The notes under the pieces are model-generated. The model was given only the letters and a program-made list of their open reading frames with translations, was not told where the DNA came from and made no database searches. From a virus (Duplodnaviria > Caudoviricetes): 61,072 nt of DNA. The position numbers and the translations under genes are program-made. Positions 20,373 through 31,050 of the stretch are shown here, piece by piece (the stretch's first letter is position 1; each line of letters opens with the position of its first letter). The stretch lies in the IMG/VR virus record IMGVR_UViG_3300005831_000006, positions 1-61,072 of that record, one strand, 5' to 3'.

Positions 20373-20476
20373 ATAATGAAATGGGGATTATACCCCATTT
20401 TATTTAAAACGTTTTTTAACTATATATAAAATGGAGTATATTTATCATTTGAAACATTTACACACATAAAGGATTC

Positions 20477-21091
20477 ATGATGAAGAAGAAGTATGTAAGA
20501 AGAAATGTACAACAAATATCATCTATCGATGGTTCTTTAATTAACACCTTTACATCAACATGGGAAGCATCTAGAAACACCGGTATAGCACAGTCAAACA
20601 TCTGCAATGTTTGTAATGGTAAACGTGGATATGCAGCAGGGGGATTTATATGGCGTTTTGAGAATGATAAGAAAAAGATTAATCTTGATCTTATTAATAA
20701 GAATAAAAAAGCAAAACCTGTACATAAAATAGATTCTGAAACTGGTATGATATTATCCAGTTATGTTAGTATAGCCAGTGCAAAAAAGGATACTAATGTT
20801 GAGGATTCTAATATTTCCAGAGTTTGTATTTTAAGATACGGTTTTGCCGGAGGTTATTTTTGGAGATATGTTAATGATCATAAATGGGATTATGAAACAT
20901 GTAAAAAAAGAACGTATGCTAAATATAAACCCGTTATTCGTATAGATATAGAAACAGGTGAAATTACAGGAGAGTATAAAAGTATAAGCGAGGCTGCAGA
21001 TCGAAATAAAAATGATCCATCAGGTATTTCGAAATGTTGTCGTAGTGATTTACACAAGATAAGTGCTGGATATTTATGGGCATTCAAATAA
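20477..21091 (+). CDS. triple NUMOD1/IENR1-domain DNA-binding protein (no nuclease domain)
   Basis: three repeats of V-x-(Q/K/R)-I-(S/D)...G......S..(E/S)A........I..(V/C)C.....AGG(F/Y)-x-W. Confidence 0.8.
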   Translation: MMKKKYVRRNVQQISSIDGSLINTFTSTWEASRNTGIAQSNICNVCNGKRGYAAGGFIWRFENDKKKINLDLINKNKKAKPVHKIDSETGMILSSYVSIASAKKDTNVEDSNISRVCILRYGFAGGYFWRYVNDHKWDYETCKKRTYAKYKPVIRIDIETGEITGEYKSISEAADRNKNDPSGISKCCRSDLHKISAGYLWAFK

Positions 21092-21120
21092 ATAAAAAAG
21101 GGGATTTCTCCCCTTTTTTT
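21091..21120. terminator. bidirectional intrinsic terminator
   Basis: AAAAAGGGGA-tttc-TCCCCTTTTT between convergent genes. Confidence 0.8.
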
Positions 21121-21544
21121 ATTGAATATTAGATCTATTTCTTTCAATAGTTGTTAATAATGAATCCACATAACTTATATTTGGGAATAATATAGGAGTA
21201 GTAAAATCCTTGAATTCGAAAACAGAAGTATATCCATTAATAATAAGTATTATATACCAGTAATCAGTTATTCCTGTAATATCTTTAGATAACCGTTGAG
21301 GATTCATACTATACTTTCTAATATGCTCTTCATTGGAAATATCCATGATATTGGAATTTTCGATCAAACTATGAAGATAAGTAGTAAATAACTCATTATC
21401 CCAAGTTTTCAATGAAAATCTGCTAACATCAATTTTATTACTAAGATCTTCAGTTGTACAGATGTTTTCAAATGATAAACTATTTTTGATAAGATTACTA
21501 TATGTCTTAGTGAAATCTAAACTACTCGGTCCGTATTTTTTCAT
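21119..21544 (-). CDS. baseplate wedge protein (T4 gp53/LysM-like)
   Basis: KYSMNPQRLSKDITGITDYWYIILIING resembles the gp53-type Y..RP..LS...YG....WW.IL..N pattern; late-type motif at 21581-21592; start moved to ATG 21544. Confidence 0.55.
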   Translation of the reverse strand: MKKYGPSSLDFTKTYSNLIKNSLSFENICTTEDLSNKIDVSRFSLKTWDNELFTTYLHSLIENSNIMDISNEEHIRKYSMNPQRLSKDITGITDYWYIILIINGYTSVFEFKDFTTPILFPNISYVDSLLTTIERNRSNIQ

Positions 21545-21681
21545 AATATTATATCCTATTTTTAACAATATAACTCATTCTATTATATTGTTCAATGTTA
21601 TAAACTAAAATAAGAATAAACTATATATAGATTATTAAGATAGACCATACTATTAATAATAAAAGAGAGGAAAATATAAAT

Positions 21682-22533
21682 ATGAATGAATATATTAAAA
21701 AAATTTTAAATTTAAATGGAATTAAAAATGCTCATAATTCCAGAAATGTAATTCAAATTAATCCAAAAACATTAGATATTATTAAAATTTGGAAATCAGC
21801 TGTAGAAGCTGGAAAAATACTTAATATTAATAATATGCATATTGGAGGAGCGTGTCGTGGTGAGCGTAATTCTGTAAATGGGTATTACTGGAAATATTTA
21901 GATGATTATATTAATGATAAATTTATTAAAGGTTATCATACAAATAATAATATATTTAACTGTAATCCATTTTGGATAACTAATAATATGAATGGATATA
22001 TAAGTCCGTGTTTTATACCTATACCAGGAGAGCACTGGAAAGATATAATTGGATATGAGGGATTGTATCAGGTTAGTGATTTTGGTAGAGTATTATCTAT
22101 ATATAATAAATATTATTTTAAAATAATTATGCCTGAAAAGGATAAAAATAGTTATCTTAGAATAAATTTATTTAAAAATAATCATATAAAACACTTTCTT
22201 ATACATCGATTGGTAGGTATACATTTTATATTAAACCCATTTAATTTACCATTTATCAATCATAAAAATGAAATTAAAACTGATAATAGAGTTGAAAATC
22301 TTGAATGGTGTGATCATATATATAATTGTAATTATGGTACTGCAATTGAAAGACGATCTAAAAAACAAGGAATAAAAGTACAACAAATAGATTTAAATAC
22401 TAAAGAAGTTATTGACGAATTCTGGAGTATGAATGAAGCTGAGAGACAAACAGGAATTGATAATAGAATGATAAGCGCAGCTTGTAAAAATAATGATAAA
22501 ATAGCAGGTGGATTTAAATGGCGTAAAAAATAA
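21682..22533 (+). CDS. NUMOD4/HNH homing endonuclease (paralog of the 6537 gene)
   Basis: WKDIIGYEGLYQVSDFGRV, HRLV...INHKNEIKTDNRVENLEW, flanking NUMOD1 domains; antisense insertion among baseplate genes. Confidence 0.9.
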   Translation: MNEYIKKILNLNGIKNAHNSRNVIQINPKTLDIIKIWKSAVEAGKILNINNMHIGGACRGERNSVNGYYWKYLDDYINDKFIKGYHTNNNIFNCNPFWITNNMNGYISPCFIPIPGEHWKDIIGYEGLYQVSDFGRVLSIYNKYYFKIIMPEKDKNSYLRINLFKNNHIKHFLIHRLVGIHFILNPFNLPFINHKNEIKTDNRVENLEWCDHIYNCNYGTAIERRSKKQGIKVQQIDLNTKEVIDEFWSMNEAERQTGIDNRMISAACKNNDKIAGGFKWRKK

Positions 22534-22561
22534 AAGAGGGGTTATCCCCTCTTTTATTATT

Positions 22562-23773
22562 TTAACCTTTAATTTTTGGTGCTGGTATTTGCATACTCAT
22601 AGAAGCTACCATAGGAGATAATACTGGTGCCGGAACTAAAAACATGGGGTTAGCTCCGACTAGATCTAACTTCATAGCTATCTGTGTTAGAAGAGTTACT
22701 AATGGTTGTGCACGGGCTACTGGCATTCCAAGTAAAGGATCAAAAACAGCTGAACCATCAGATTTAATAGTCGCATTGGTAGGTAAAGGTGATTGACCTT
22801 TCGGAGCTCCAAAAGATATAGCTTTTCTAATATTTACATTATCGGATATATCCATAGCACCATCAACTGCAGTCATAGGGGAAGTGATTTCACGTTTAGA
22901 ACTATTTTTTATAATCGCTTTATCATAAGTTTCCTCTTGCTTACTTCCCTTTAATGTAAGTTTATCTACATCTCCTTTAAAAGTTTCTGTAGTTAACTGG
23001 ACATTGTCTAATTTAGCCTCAGTTTTAGGACATTCAATATTAATTGATTCTTTTGCCTTAAGATAAAATTTATCACAAGACATATCGATAATTTCTTTTC
23101 TTATAGCTATCGTAGAACCAGATTCATTTGACATTATAATTTCATCATTTTCAGTATTTAATGAAATAGTTCTAACACTATCCGTAAGTGTTATATTACC
23201 ATTGGTCCCATCTATATTTATATCGTATTTGGAAACTTCACCATTAGAATCTGACATATGTATCCTAATTGTTTTTGCCACAGAATCCAATTTAACATAA
23301 TATTTATTATCATCATCTAAGAATTCACCTTCATATTTACCTGAAGATGGTACAAACATTTCTAAGGTATCTGTCGGGCGATTTTTTATTTGATTTCTAT
23401 TAAAAGGTTTTATATATATACTTTTGATATCTTGATCTATGATACCTATTAATACATTTTCACCTTTGATTAATCTTGGCATTGATAAATTGTATACACT
23501 AAACATGGTTAGATGTATATAATTTGAAGCGGTTACTGACTTTTCACCAACTTTTTTATTAATTGAATTTAGACATTTATTTGTATCAAGACTAACATCT
23601 TTCTCATATGGTCCATCATTATAATAGGTTCCATACATAAGTTGTCCTATATATACACCGTATACATTCTGTCCTATCTCTTCTGCAGTTTTTACAACTA
23701 TTCCAGTCATATTATCTTTAATAAAATCATTAGATCTCTCAACCAATAATTTCTTGTAATCAGTAATTTTCAT
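22562..23773 (-). CDS. baseplate hub/central spike protein (gp5/VgrG-like candidate)
   Basis: N-terminal OB-like region (MPRLIKGENVLI) followed by repetitive short beta-strands; next to the gp53-like gene; GGAGG RBS. Confidence 0.5.
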   Translation of the reverse strand: MKITDYKKLLVERSNDFIKDNMTGIVVKTAEEIGQNVYGVYIGQLMYGTYYNDGPYEKDVSLDTNKCLNSINKKVGEKSVTASNYIHLTMFSVYNLSMPRLIKGENVLIGIIDQDIKSIYIKPFNRNQIKNRPTDTLEMFVPSSGKYEGEFLDDDNKYYVKLDSVAKTIRIHMSDSNGEVSKYDINIDGTNGNITLTDSVRTISLNTENDEIIMSNESGSTIAIRKEIIDMSCDKFYLKAKESINIECPKTEAKLDNVQLTTETFKGDVDKLTLKGSKQEETYDKAIIKNSSKREITSPMTAVDGAMDISDNVNIRKAISFGAPKGQSPLPTNATIKSDGSAVFDPLLGMPVARAQPLVTLLTQIAMKLDLVGANPMFLVPAPVLSPMVASMSMQIPAPKIKG

Positions 23774-23970
23774 AGTTTATCCCTCCAGATTAATATCATT
23801 TTTCATTATAATGTGTTAGTCTGGTTATATTTTATTTGATAATAAGCTCAACATTTCTATAGGTTAAACTCATATATGCAATCCTGTTTCTATATTTCAA
23901 CTACATGATATAATTATATATTATATCGTGTGAGAAGTATATTAATTGATAAAGAAAGTAACTGTAATAC

Positions 23971-25029
23971 ATGGATAACATAGATTTTAAACAAAAACTG
24001 ACTGAGAGTCTGTTGAGTTTACCCGGATCTAAAGAAAATTCGACACATTGTATACTTTTATGTCCAAATTGTGAATTGCATAGGGATAGAAATAAACATG
24101 GACACCTTTATATAAGCAAAGATAAAGAAGGTTTTCCTGGAGATTGTAAAAAATGTGATTTATCATTCGCTAAGATAAATGTCGATATTCTAAATAAACT
24201 GGGTATAACAGACAGTTCAATTTCGTCATATGTGAAAATGAATTATAAAAGAATTCAGTCACATGTGGTTTCATTAGATGAGAGAAGTAAGCGGTTAAAT
24301 TATAAATTATTACATGATCTATCAAGATTTGACAAAATAAAATTATCTATACTATCTGATAGATTATTACACGATCTCGATAATGAGGAGGATATTAAAA
24401 CGTATAGAATAGTCGGAAATTTATCCAGTTTTATAAATGAAAATCATATAGACATGAGTTCATATGATGCTAAAAAATTATCAATGATTCCTATTATAGA
24501 TAGGTATTATTGTGGTTTTCTATCATATTTTGGAAATATCATTAGTTTTAGAAATATAACTGGTGATGATAAGTATCCAAGATATTTAACATTTATATTA
24601 TCCGATTTAATCCAAAGATCATTCTTCTATACACCAGCTTCTCTTATAGATCCATTAGCTGATAACCCTAAAATTACTGTATCTGAAGGAGCGATTGATA
24701 CTATATCATTACATTTGACAAATAGTTGTTATGATAATAATAATCATATGTATGCAGCAGCTTCGTCTATGGGGTCCATGAGATCATGTATAAAGACTTG
24801 TTTATATATAACAGGTTTTTACGGTGCTGATATAAATGTTTATATTGACAATGATGAGCTTGTCAAACGGGTATCTCATTTTGATTTTGGTAAAATATCA
24901 CACGCTTTAAAGGATTTTACAAGTGATTTCAAATTAACAGGTTATATAAACACTTCAGGTAAAGATTTCGGTGACTTAAGAGAAAAGATCACTATAGGTA
25001 AAACAATTTTAAATAACATTGAAAATTAA
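23971..25029 (+). CDS. DNA primase
   Basis: zinc ribbon CPNC...HLYI...CKKC; TOPRIM motifs SEGAID, YIDND, KDFGD. Confidence 0.85.
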   Translation: MDNIDFKQKLTESLLSLPGSKENSTHCILLCPNCELHRDRNKHGHLYISKDKEGFPGDCKKCDLSFAKINVDILNKLGITDSSISSYVKMNYKRIQSHVVSLDERSKRLNYKLLHDLSRFDKIKLSILSDRLLHDLDNEEDIKTYRIVGNLSSFINENHIDMSSYDAKKLSMIPIIDRYYCGFLSYFGNIISFRNITGDDKYPRYLTFILSDLIQRSFFYTPASLIDPLADNPKITVSEGAIDTISLHLTNSCYDNNNHMYAAASSMGSMRSCIKTCLYITGFYGADINVYIDNDELVKRVSHFDFGKISHALKDFTSDFKLTGYINTSGKDFGDLREKITIGKTILNNIEN

Positions 25030-25057
25030 CAAAGTTTTATTTCAGAGGAGTTATAAA

Positions 25058-26425
25058 ATGATTGATAATATTGAAGAGAAACAGAATAAACTTATAGAGA
25101 TAGGTAATATTCTGAAAAGTAAATATCACGGTATTGACAATATCATTGATAATATAATTGGAACTATTGAAACGTGGTATATATTCGATGAAGTATTATA
25201 TAAACCACTTATAATATCCTTATTTGGGTTAACGGGCTGCGGCAAAACTTCCCTCGTACGGGATCTGGCTAAGCTTCTCAATATGTATGAGAAGTTTGCA
25301 GAGATTGACCTTACTAAATCTCCAGAATCAATCAGAGGGTATTATCAGGGTGGACCGGTTGGTGCTAAGCTTCACACTGTAATAGAGGATACTGACTGTA
25401 AGGGTATTTTCCTTATTGATGAAATTCAGAAAATAAAGGAAAGTAATACCTTTAATGAAATATGGTCCCTATTATCAGATGGTAAACTTGGAAGCGGGCA
25501 TTTCACTTTAAATCGAATAGATTCCACAATCAGAACGTTTGAAAGTTTCATTGAGGAATTTATTGATGCTGCTACTGAGCTTGAGTATATGAAATCAATG
25601 GCACAGGATAAAAGTGAATATCAAATGAGAGGTTGGAATCCTACTACACAATCAATACCTTTGAGTAAGAAATATGTTATCGATATGTATCTCGATATCA
25701 TAAAAATTGAAGATGTTGATATGTTACAGCCTTTATTTGATTGGCATGACTTTGGCGTAAACAAAACCGGTTTTATGTTCGGGTTTTCCAATATGATAAA
25801 GAAGAACTTTAGTGAGGGATCAATGAGTATAAAGGATATATTGAATATTCCTGGATACGCATTTGTAAAACCGTTATTAGTAATTGCTCGAAATTATCGG
25901 AAACAATTGATCGATAAGTATAACGCCATTACAAGTAGAGATCCATTGGTATTCTCAAAGTTGTTAATTTTCATAACTGGAAATGTTGACGGTCTATATG
26001 TCGATTCTAAAAATATCGATATTAGTGCAGATGAGTTACATGACAAGACAATGAAATTGACATATAACGACCTTAAAAATGAATTATTGAAAGTTTTCAA
26101 ACCGGAAGAAGTATCACGATTCGGTGGAAATTTCATTATCTATCCATCATTATCAATGAAAGCTTTTCAGATGATAATAGATGATAAGTTAACTGAGATT
26201 GAAACTGATGTTCAGAAGATAACCGGTATATCAATTTCACTTAAAACCAAGAAATTTTTAAATCATCTTGAACAGGTAAGTGTTGTAGCGTCGCTCGGGG
26301 CTCGTCCACTAATTTCAAAGATTTATACTGAAGTTAATAATGTTGTCCCAAAGTTGATAAAAATTGCGACACTTAAGGGTTTGAAATCAATTTCAATATC
26401 AAGTTTACGGTCTACAGAGTATTGA
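25058..26425 (+). CDS. stand-alone Clp/Hsp100-type AAA+ ATPase
   Basis: Walker A GLTGCGKT, Walker B FLIDEIQK, FKPEEVSRF and sensor-2 LGARPL as in the ClpA/B second domain; start moved to ATG 25058 (GAGGAG RBS). Confidence 0.8.
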   Translation: MIDNIEEKQNKLIEIGNILKSKYHGIDNIIDNIIGTIETWYIFDEVLYKPLIISLFGLTGCGKTSLVRDLAKLLNMYEKFAEIDLTKSPESIRGYYQGGPVGAKLHTVIEDTDCKGIFLIDEIQKIKESNTFNEIWSLLSDGKLGSGHFTLNRIDSTIRTFESFIEEFIDAATELEYMKSMAQDKSEYQMRGWNPTTQSIPLSKKYVIDMYLDIIKIEDVDMLQPLFDWHDFGVNKTGFMFGFSNMIKKNFSEGSMSIKDILNIPGYAFVKPLLVIARNYRKQLIDKYNAITSRDPLVFSKLLIFITGNVDGLYVDSKNIDISADELHDKTMKLTYNDLKNELLKVFKPEEVSRFGGNFIIYPSLSMKAFQMIIDDKLTEIETDVQKITGISISLKTKKFLNHLEQVSVVASLGARPLISKIYTEVNNVVPKLIKIATLKGLKSISISSLRSTEY

Positions 26426-26490
26426 TAGTAGTTTGTGTTTAAAGGGGAGGATTCAATCCTCCTTTTTTTCTTCTGAAAGAGTGGAAGTGT

Positions 26491-27660
26491 ATGGGTTTCA
26501 AATTAAATGATCAGCAACAAAATGCAGTTTTGAAAGCACTGCAATGGTATTACATAGAGTCAATTGATAATCCGATGTTTACTCTATTAGGACTTGCTGG
26601 GGTAGGTAAAAGTACAACAATAAATTCAATAATAAACACTCTCGGAATATTAAAGAATAGTGTACTTTTTTGTGCTCTTACTGGAAAAGCAGCCAGTGTA
26701 ATACGTTTAAAAGGTTTTGTTGCTAATACCATACATAAAAGTTTTTACAATGCAAAAGTATACAAAAATAATGTATATTTTACTAAAAAAACATCTATAC
26801 CATCATTTATAAAATTAATAGTTATTGATGAATTTGGTATGGTAGGTGATAGTATTATCGAAGATATATTATCTTTTGGTATACCAGTTTTAGCTATTGG
26901 AGATCCAGGTCAGCTTGCTCCATTATTTGAAAAAAATTCATTTATAGACGAAGAGTTGGCAGATGTATTTCTCGATAAGGTTATGAGAACTGATGATAAA
27001 TCAGGTATATTAACTATTGCTATGGAATATAGGAATAAAAGAATAATTGCTCCAGGTATATTCAATAATTCAAGGGTTTTAATGTATAAAGAAGAAATAA
27101 AACCATTGATAGATTATGATAAAATATTAACTTGGACTAACAAGACAAGAAGATATCTCAATAAGATTATAAGAAGAGATCTTGGTATCACAGAGAGATA
27201 TCCTATTAAAGGGGAGAAAATTGTATTTTTAAGTAATAGATATGATGTCATAATCAATTATATGAATATAGAAATTGTATCTATGAATGGTATCGAATGT
27301 ATTGTAATTGAAGATTATAAAATCGAAAATGATGATCAAATAAGATTAAAAGCTCGTCCGTCTTTTATGAGTGAAAATGATGAGTTTTTTGATATTTTGT
27401 GTAGTAGAAAACTATTTGATTCTTATGAAGAAGAATTACCTGATACAAAATTACTAATGCAAAAAGATCGTGAAGATGAATTAAATTCTATATTTTGCGA
27501 TTTCGCTTATTGTATAACAGTTAATAGTTCACAAGGATCGGAGTGGCAAAATTGTTTAGTCATAGATGAGATGCCAAAGTGGAGACCTGAGTATTTTAAA
27601 TGGATGTATACTGCTGTAACTCGGGCAAGTAAGTCTGTAGATGTATTATTAAATCAATAA
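26491..27660 (+). CDS. Dda/RecD-like SF1B DNA helicase
   Basis: GLAGVGKST, DEFGMV, GDPGQL, FAYCITVNSSQGSEW, YTAVTRA. Confidence 0.9.
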   Translation: MGFKLNDQQQNAVLKALQWYYIESIDNPMFTLLGLAGVGKSTTINSIINTLGILKNSVLFCALTGKAASVIRLKGFVANTIHKSFYNAKVYKNNVYFTKKTSIPSFIKLIVIDEFGMVGDSIIEDILSFGIPVLAIGDPGQLAPLFEKNSFIDEELADVFLDKVMRTDDKSGILTIAMEYRNKRIIAPGIFNNSRVLMYKEEIKPLIDYDKILTWTNKTRRYLNKIIRRDLGITERYPIKGEKIVFLSNRYDVIINYMNIEIVSMNGIECIVIEDYKIENDDQIRLKARPSFMSENDEFFDILCSRKLFDSYEEELPDTKLLMQKDREDELNSIFCDFAYCITVNSSQGSEWQNCLVIDEMPKWRPEYFKWMYTAVTRASKSVDVLLNQ

Positions 27661-27694
27661 TTAGTGGAGTATCCCTCCACTAATTTATTGTATT

Positions 27695-28912
27695 TTAAAC
27701 AACGTGACAGATGTACATTATCATATAATAAAACAACGTTTTCTTGAGATTACTTAAAGTACTAATATTATTAGTCTCAAGAAATGTCTTACTATATTTT
27801 TTAAGTATTTCAGACAATATCTCTTTTATTTCCATTATAAGTTTATTAGCTGTATTGGAAACTGCGTATACATCTTTCATCTCATTTAGAAATCTACTAG
27901 ATTTTATCTGTTTTCCTCCATTCGAATAATAATAAGATAGAATCTTAATTATAAGAGTTTCTATCAATTGATCTCTCGATGAAATCATACTGTTTACTGT
28001 AATAACCATTTTACTCTGAGATATTTTGGTTATATTACATGCTGTTCGTAATATTTTAGGATTACAAACAGAATCAGATACAAAATTTGTATATATTTTT
28101 CGAGCATTTATAGTAACCAATGTTGAAATATTTTCAACATCATTAAGATATGTCTCGCCATCATCTGTTTCGGATTCGAGCATATCAGTACCCTGTTTGA
28201 TACCTTTTTCATGATTTTCATAATAAAGATTAGATATCGTTTTCATCATTAATTTAATACGATTGAAAATGTTAATGATATAATATGTAATATTATCATC
28301 AATAGGATTTTCAAGAATATCTTTAAAATTATCATAGTGAGAATTTGCTATATATTCGATCGTATTATATATGGTTTTATACTTCTTAATATTAAAACGA
28401 TTATTTTCAAGTCTTTCAAGAGTAGCATCCATAACCTCTCTATTCGGAGGATATCGATTAAAAAACGATGAGAATGCGGTTTTATATATCCTTAATGCGA
28501 TATATAGATTTAATACTTTTCCTAACTCTATATCTTTATAAACCACTTTGTTTCTATAACAGTATGATGTAAGTACTGAAGTCAGTATGTAGAACTCATT
28601 ATTCAAAGTTATAAAGTTATTTTTTATTAACTTACATCTTTGTATAGCTTTTGTAACATCTCTAAAAGGTATTCCAGTTGATTCTATGAACTTTTCCTCA
28701 TCTGCTTTTGTAAATACTGGACGTTTCTCAGGACCAGCGGTTGACATAGATGCAGCAAGAGTTCCTATATGGGTTTTCATCAATCTTAACATTTTGGGAA
28801 TATTTTTTGTCAATATGACGCCCATATCTTTTTTGACAATATTATCAACCAATGTGGTAGTTTTCTGCAAGTTTTTACGATTTTCATCAGTTCTTGTTGG
28901 TGCATTTTTCAT
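27695..28912 (-). CDS. hypothetical protein (late-type promoter motif)
   Basis: 405 aa, helical; AACA-TCATAG-TG at 28958-28947. Confidence 0.6.
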   Translation of the reverse strand: MKNAPTRTDENRKNLQKTTTLVDNIVKKDMGVILTKNIPKMLRLMKTHIGTLAASMSTAGPEKRPVFTKADEEKFIESTGIPFRDVTKAIQRCKLIKNNFITLNNEFYILTSVLTSYCYRNKVVYKDIELGKVLNLYIALRIYKTAFSSFFNRYPPNREVMDATLERLENNRFNIKKYKTIYNTIEYIANSHYDNFKDILENPIDDNITYYIINIFNRIKLMMKTISNLYYENHEKGIKQGTDMLESETDDGETYLNDVENISTLVTINARKIYTNFVSDSVCNPKILRTACNITKISQSKMVITVNSMISSRDQLIETLIIKILSYYYSNGGKQIKSSRFLNEMKDVYAVSNTANKLIMEIKEILSEILKKYSKTFLETNNISTLSNLKKTLFYYMIMYICHVV

Positions 28913-28946
28913 ATGTATTCCTATGTATTTGTATAGAATTTATACT

Positions 28947-28979
28947 CACTATGATGTTTTTATTATAAACATTTTAATG
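28947..28979. promoter_or_regulatory. divergent pair of AACA-N6-TG late-type promoter motifs
   Basis: minus AACA-TCATAG-TG; plus AACA-TTTTAA-TG (28968-28979). Confidence 0.6.
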
Positions 28980-29030
28980 TAGGAAACCCGACATACATCA
29001 TCATGATTTCTCTTTCAAAGGTAGCCCCAT

Positions 29031-29834
29031 ATGCCAGAAATATTGCAACTTTTGCTTCCAACAAACATATGGACTTTTTTAATATGGGCTGGTATAATTC
29101 TAATTATATTGGTAAGAAGTAAAAAAATTCAAACAAAATGGTTTTCCCTTGAAATGGAAAAGACTAAAACTACTCTTCCTGGTGCTGAGGGAGAAATGAT
29201 TCTAAAAGATAGATTGTTAAAAGAATATAAAATATTCAAATCAAACGTTTTATCAAATACTAATAAAATTCGTGTATGCTTTAGATCCAATTTCAGAGAA
29301 GCTTTAATCCTTTATATGAATAAAGTTAATGGCGAGGCAAATACTTGTTGTTTATTAGAAACTAAAAACGTTACAATAAAAACATATGAAAATCTCTTAG
29401 AATTATCATTACGTATAAGTGTAGTCCCCATGTTATTGAATATGGTATTTAGAAATGGTTTTCCTAAATTACCACCAAGCGATGATATTAATACAGATGG
29501 ATATAAATCCGCTATGGGCGAATTTACAAAAGCCTGTACAACCAAATTTAATGATATTTTAGTATCTCTTGAGTTAGCTATGGATACTGAATGGTATGAT
29601 TTTACAATTGACCCCTCAGAATATAAGAAATTTTATCATTCTAGTGATAGTGGTACATCAAGTGGTACAGCTATCGAAAATTCAATGAAAGAAATAATAA
29701 GCTTTTTTACAAGAACTATTAAAGAAAGAGACGAAATCATTAAAATAATATATAAGGATTTTCCAAAATTATTTACTAGTTTTGAAGGTTGTCAAAAATT
29801 CTGTGAACTGTATTTACGCGATTTATATGAATAA
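29031..29834 (+). CDS. single-pass membrane protein, holin-like candidate
   Basis: N-terminal TM (IWTFLIWAGIILIILV) followed by RSKK and a large soluble domain; late-type promoter motif. Confidence 0.45.
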   Translation: MPEILQLLLPTNIWTFLIWAGIILIILVRSKKIQTKWFSLEMEKTKTTLPGAEGEMILKDRLLKEYKIFKSNVLSNTNKIRVCFRSNFREALILYMNKVNGEANTCCLLETKNVTIKTYENLLELSLRISVVPMLLNMVFRNGFPKLPPSDDINTDGYKSAMGEFTKACTTKFNDILVSLELAMDTEWYDFTIDPSEYKKFYHSSDSGTSSGTAIENSMKEIISFFTRTIKERDEIIKIIYKDFPKLFTSFEGCQKFCELYLRDLYE

Positions 29835-29946
29835 CAAGAAATAAAATATTATTTATAAAGAGTGGAGTAAAACTCCACTTTTATTCAATTTTATTATATA
29901 CTTAATAAAATATTATAACGAATGTATTGAATGGAGATATACTTTT

Positions 29947-31050
29947 ATGCAAAATAATTTAATAAAAATAGTATGTATAGCTGACATTCATCTTGGAGTT
30001 CTTGATGTAAATGATATGTGGGAAAATTTAAAAACTACGTTTTTTTCCTACTGTATTAATAATAAACCTGATATAATAGTCGTAGCAGGTGATATTCTTG
30101 ATGAGCAAATAAGTGTAAATAGTTCAACAGCAGCTGTTTTTCATATGTTTATCGATGAGTTAATAAAACTCAATTCTACTATAATAATAATAGAAGGAAC
30201 TCACTCACACGATTCAAATCAGATCAATATGTTTTCTTCTAAAGTAAATGATAAATTTAGGATATATAAGAAAGCTACAGTTGATTACATAAATGATATC
30301 AAGATATTGATGATTCCAGAAGAATATATGTCAGATCCAGATTCGTATTATAAAGATTTCCTTTCTTCAAAGTACGATTTCTGTTTTGGTCACGGATCGT
30401 TTGACAATATCATTTATTCAAATGGTAAAAAGAGTACATATAGGAAATTAACAAGTCCTATGTGGAATTATGATAAACATTTTAAGAATATAATAGATGG
30501 TAGAGTTATATTCGGTCATGTGCATACACATGTGAAAAATGACAAAATGTATTACGTTGGAAGTTTTGGTAGATATCGGCATGGTGAGGAAGAACCTAAA
30601 GGTTTTATGTCTTTTACCTATGATAAGGTAAAAAAAGAAGTGGTATCTGAAGAATTTATAGAAAATAAACTCGCTAAAATATTCAGGACTGTAATTGAAA
30701 GCGATCTACCATCACATAGAGATGAATTAGTAACACTACTATTGAAAAATGTGAATGAATCTTATAGACTACGAATAAAGTTAAATAAGAAGATTTCTAA
30801 TGAAAGAAAAAGTGATATTATATCATTCTGTAAAGACCATCTATCAACATCAATAGATTCATACTATGAACGAAAACTTAAATCGAGGTTAGCTGAAGAT
30901 ACTGTTATAAACGATAAACTTATAGAGAATAAGTATGAAAATATGAATATAATTGATGCTACGGTTGAATTTATTCTTGAAAAACATAAAATAGCATTCG
31001 ACCGAAATACAATAAATAAATTAATTAATAGTGGAGATGATTATGACTGA
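29947..31050 (+). CDS. sbcD: SbcD/Mre11-like metallophosphoesterase nuclease
   Basis: DIHLG, AGD, EGTHSHD, GH and GHVH motifs; partner SbcC lies in the same window. Confidence 0.9.
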   Translation: MQNNLIKIVCIADIHLGVLDVNDMWENLKTTFFSYCINNKPDIIVVAGDILDEQISVNSSTAAVFHMFIDELIKLNSTIIIIEGTHSHDSNQINMFSSKVNDKFRIYKKATVDYINDIKILMIPEEYMSDPDSYYKDFLSSKYDFCFGHGSFDNIIYSNGKKSTYRKLTSPMWNYDKHFKNIIDGRVIFGHVHTHVKNDKMYYVGSFGRYRHGEEEPKGFMSFTYDKVKKEVVSEEFIENKLAKIFRTVIESDLPSHRDELVTLLLKNVNESYRLRIKLNKKISNERKSDIISFCKDHLSTSIDSYYERKLKSRLAEDTVINDKLIENKYENMNIIDATVEFILEKHKIAFDRNTINKLINSGDDYD

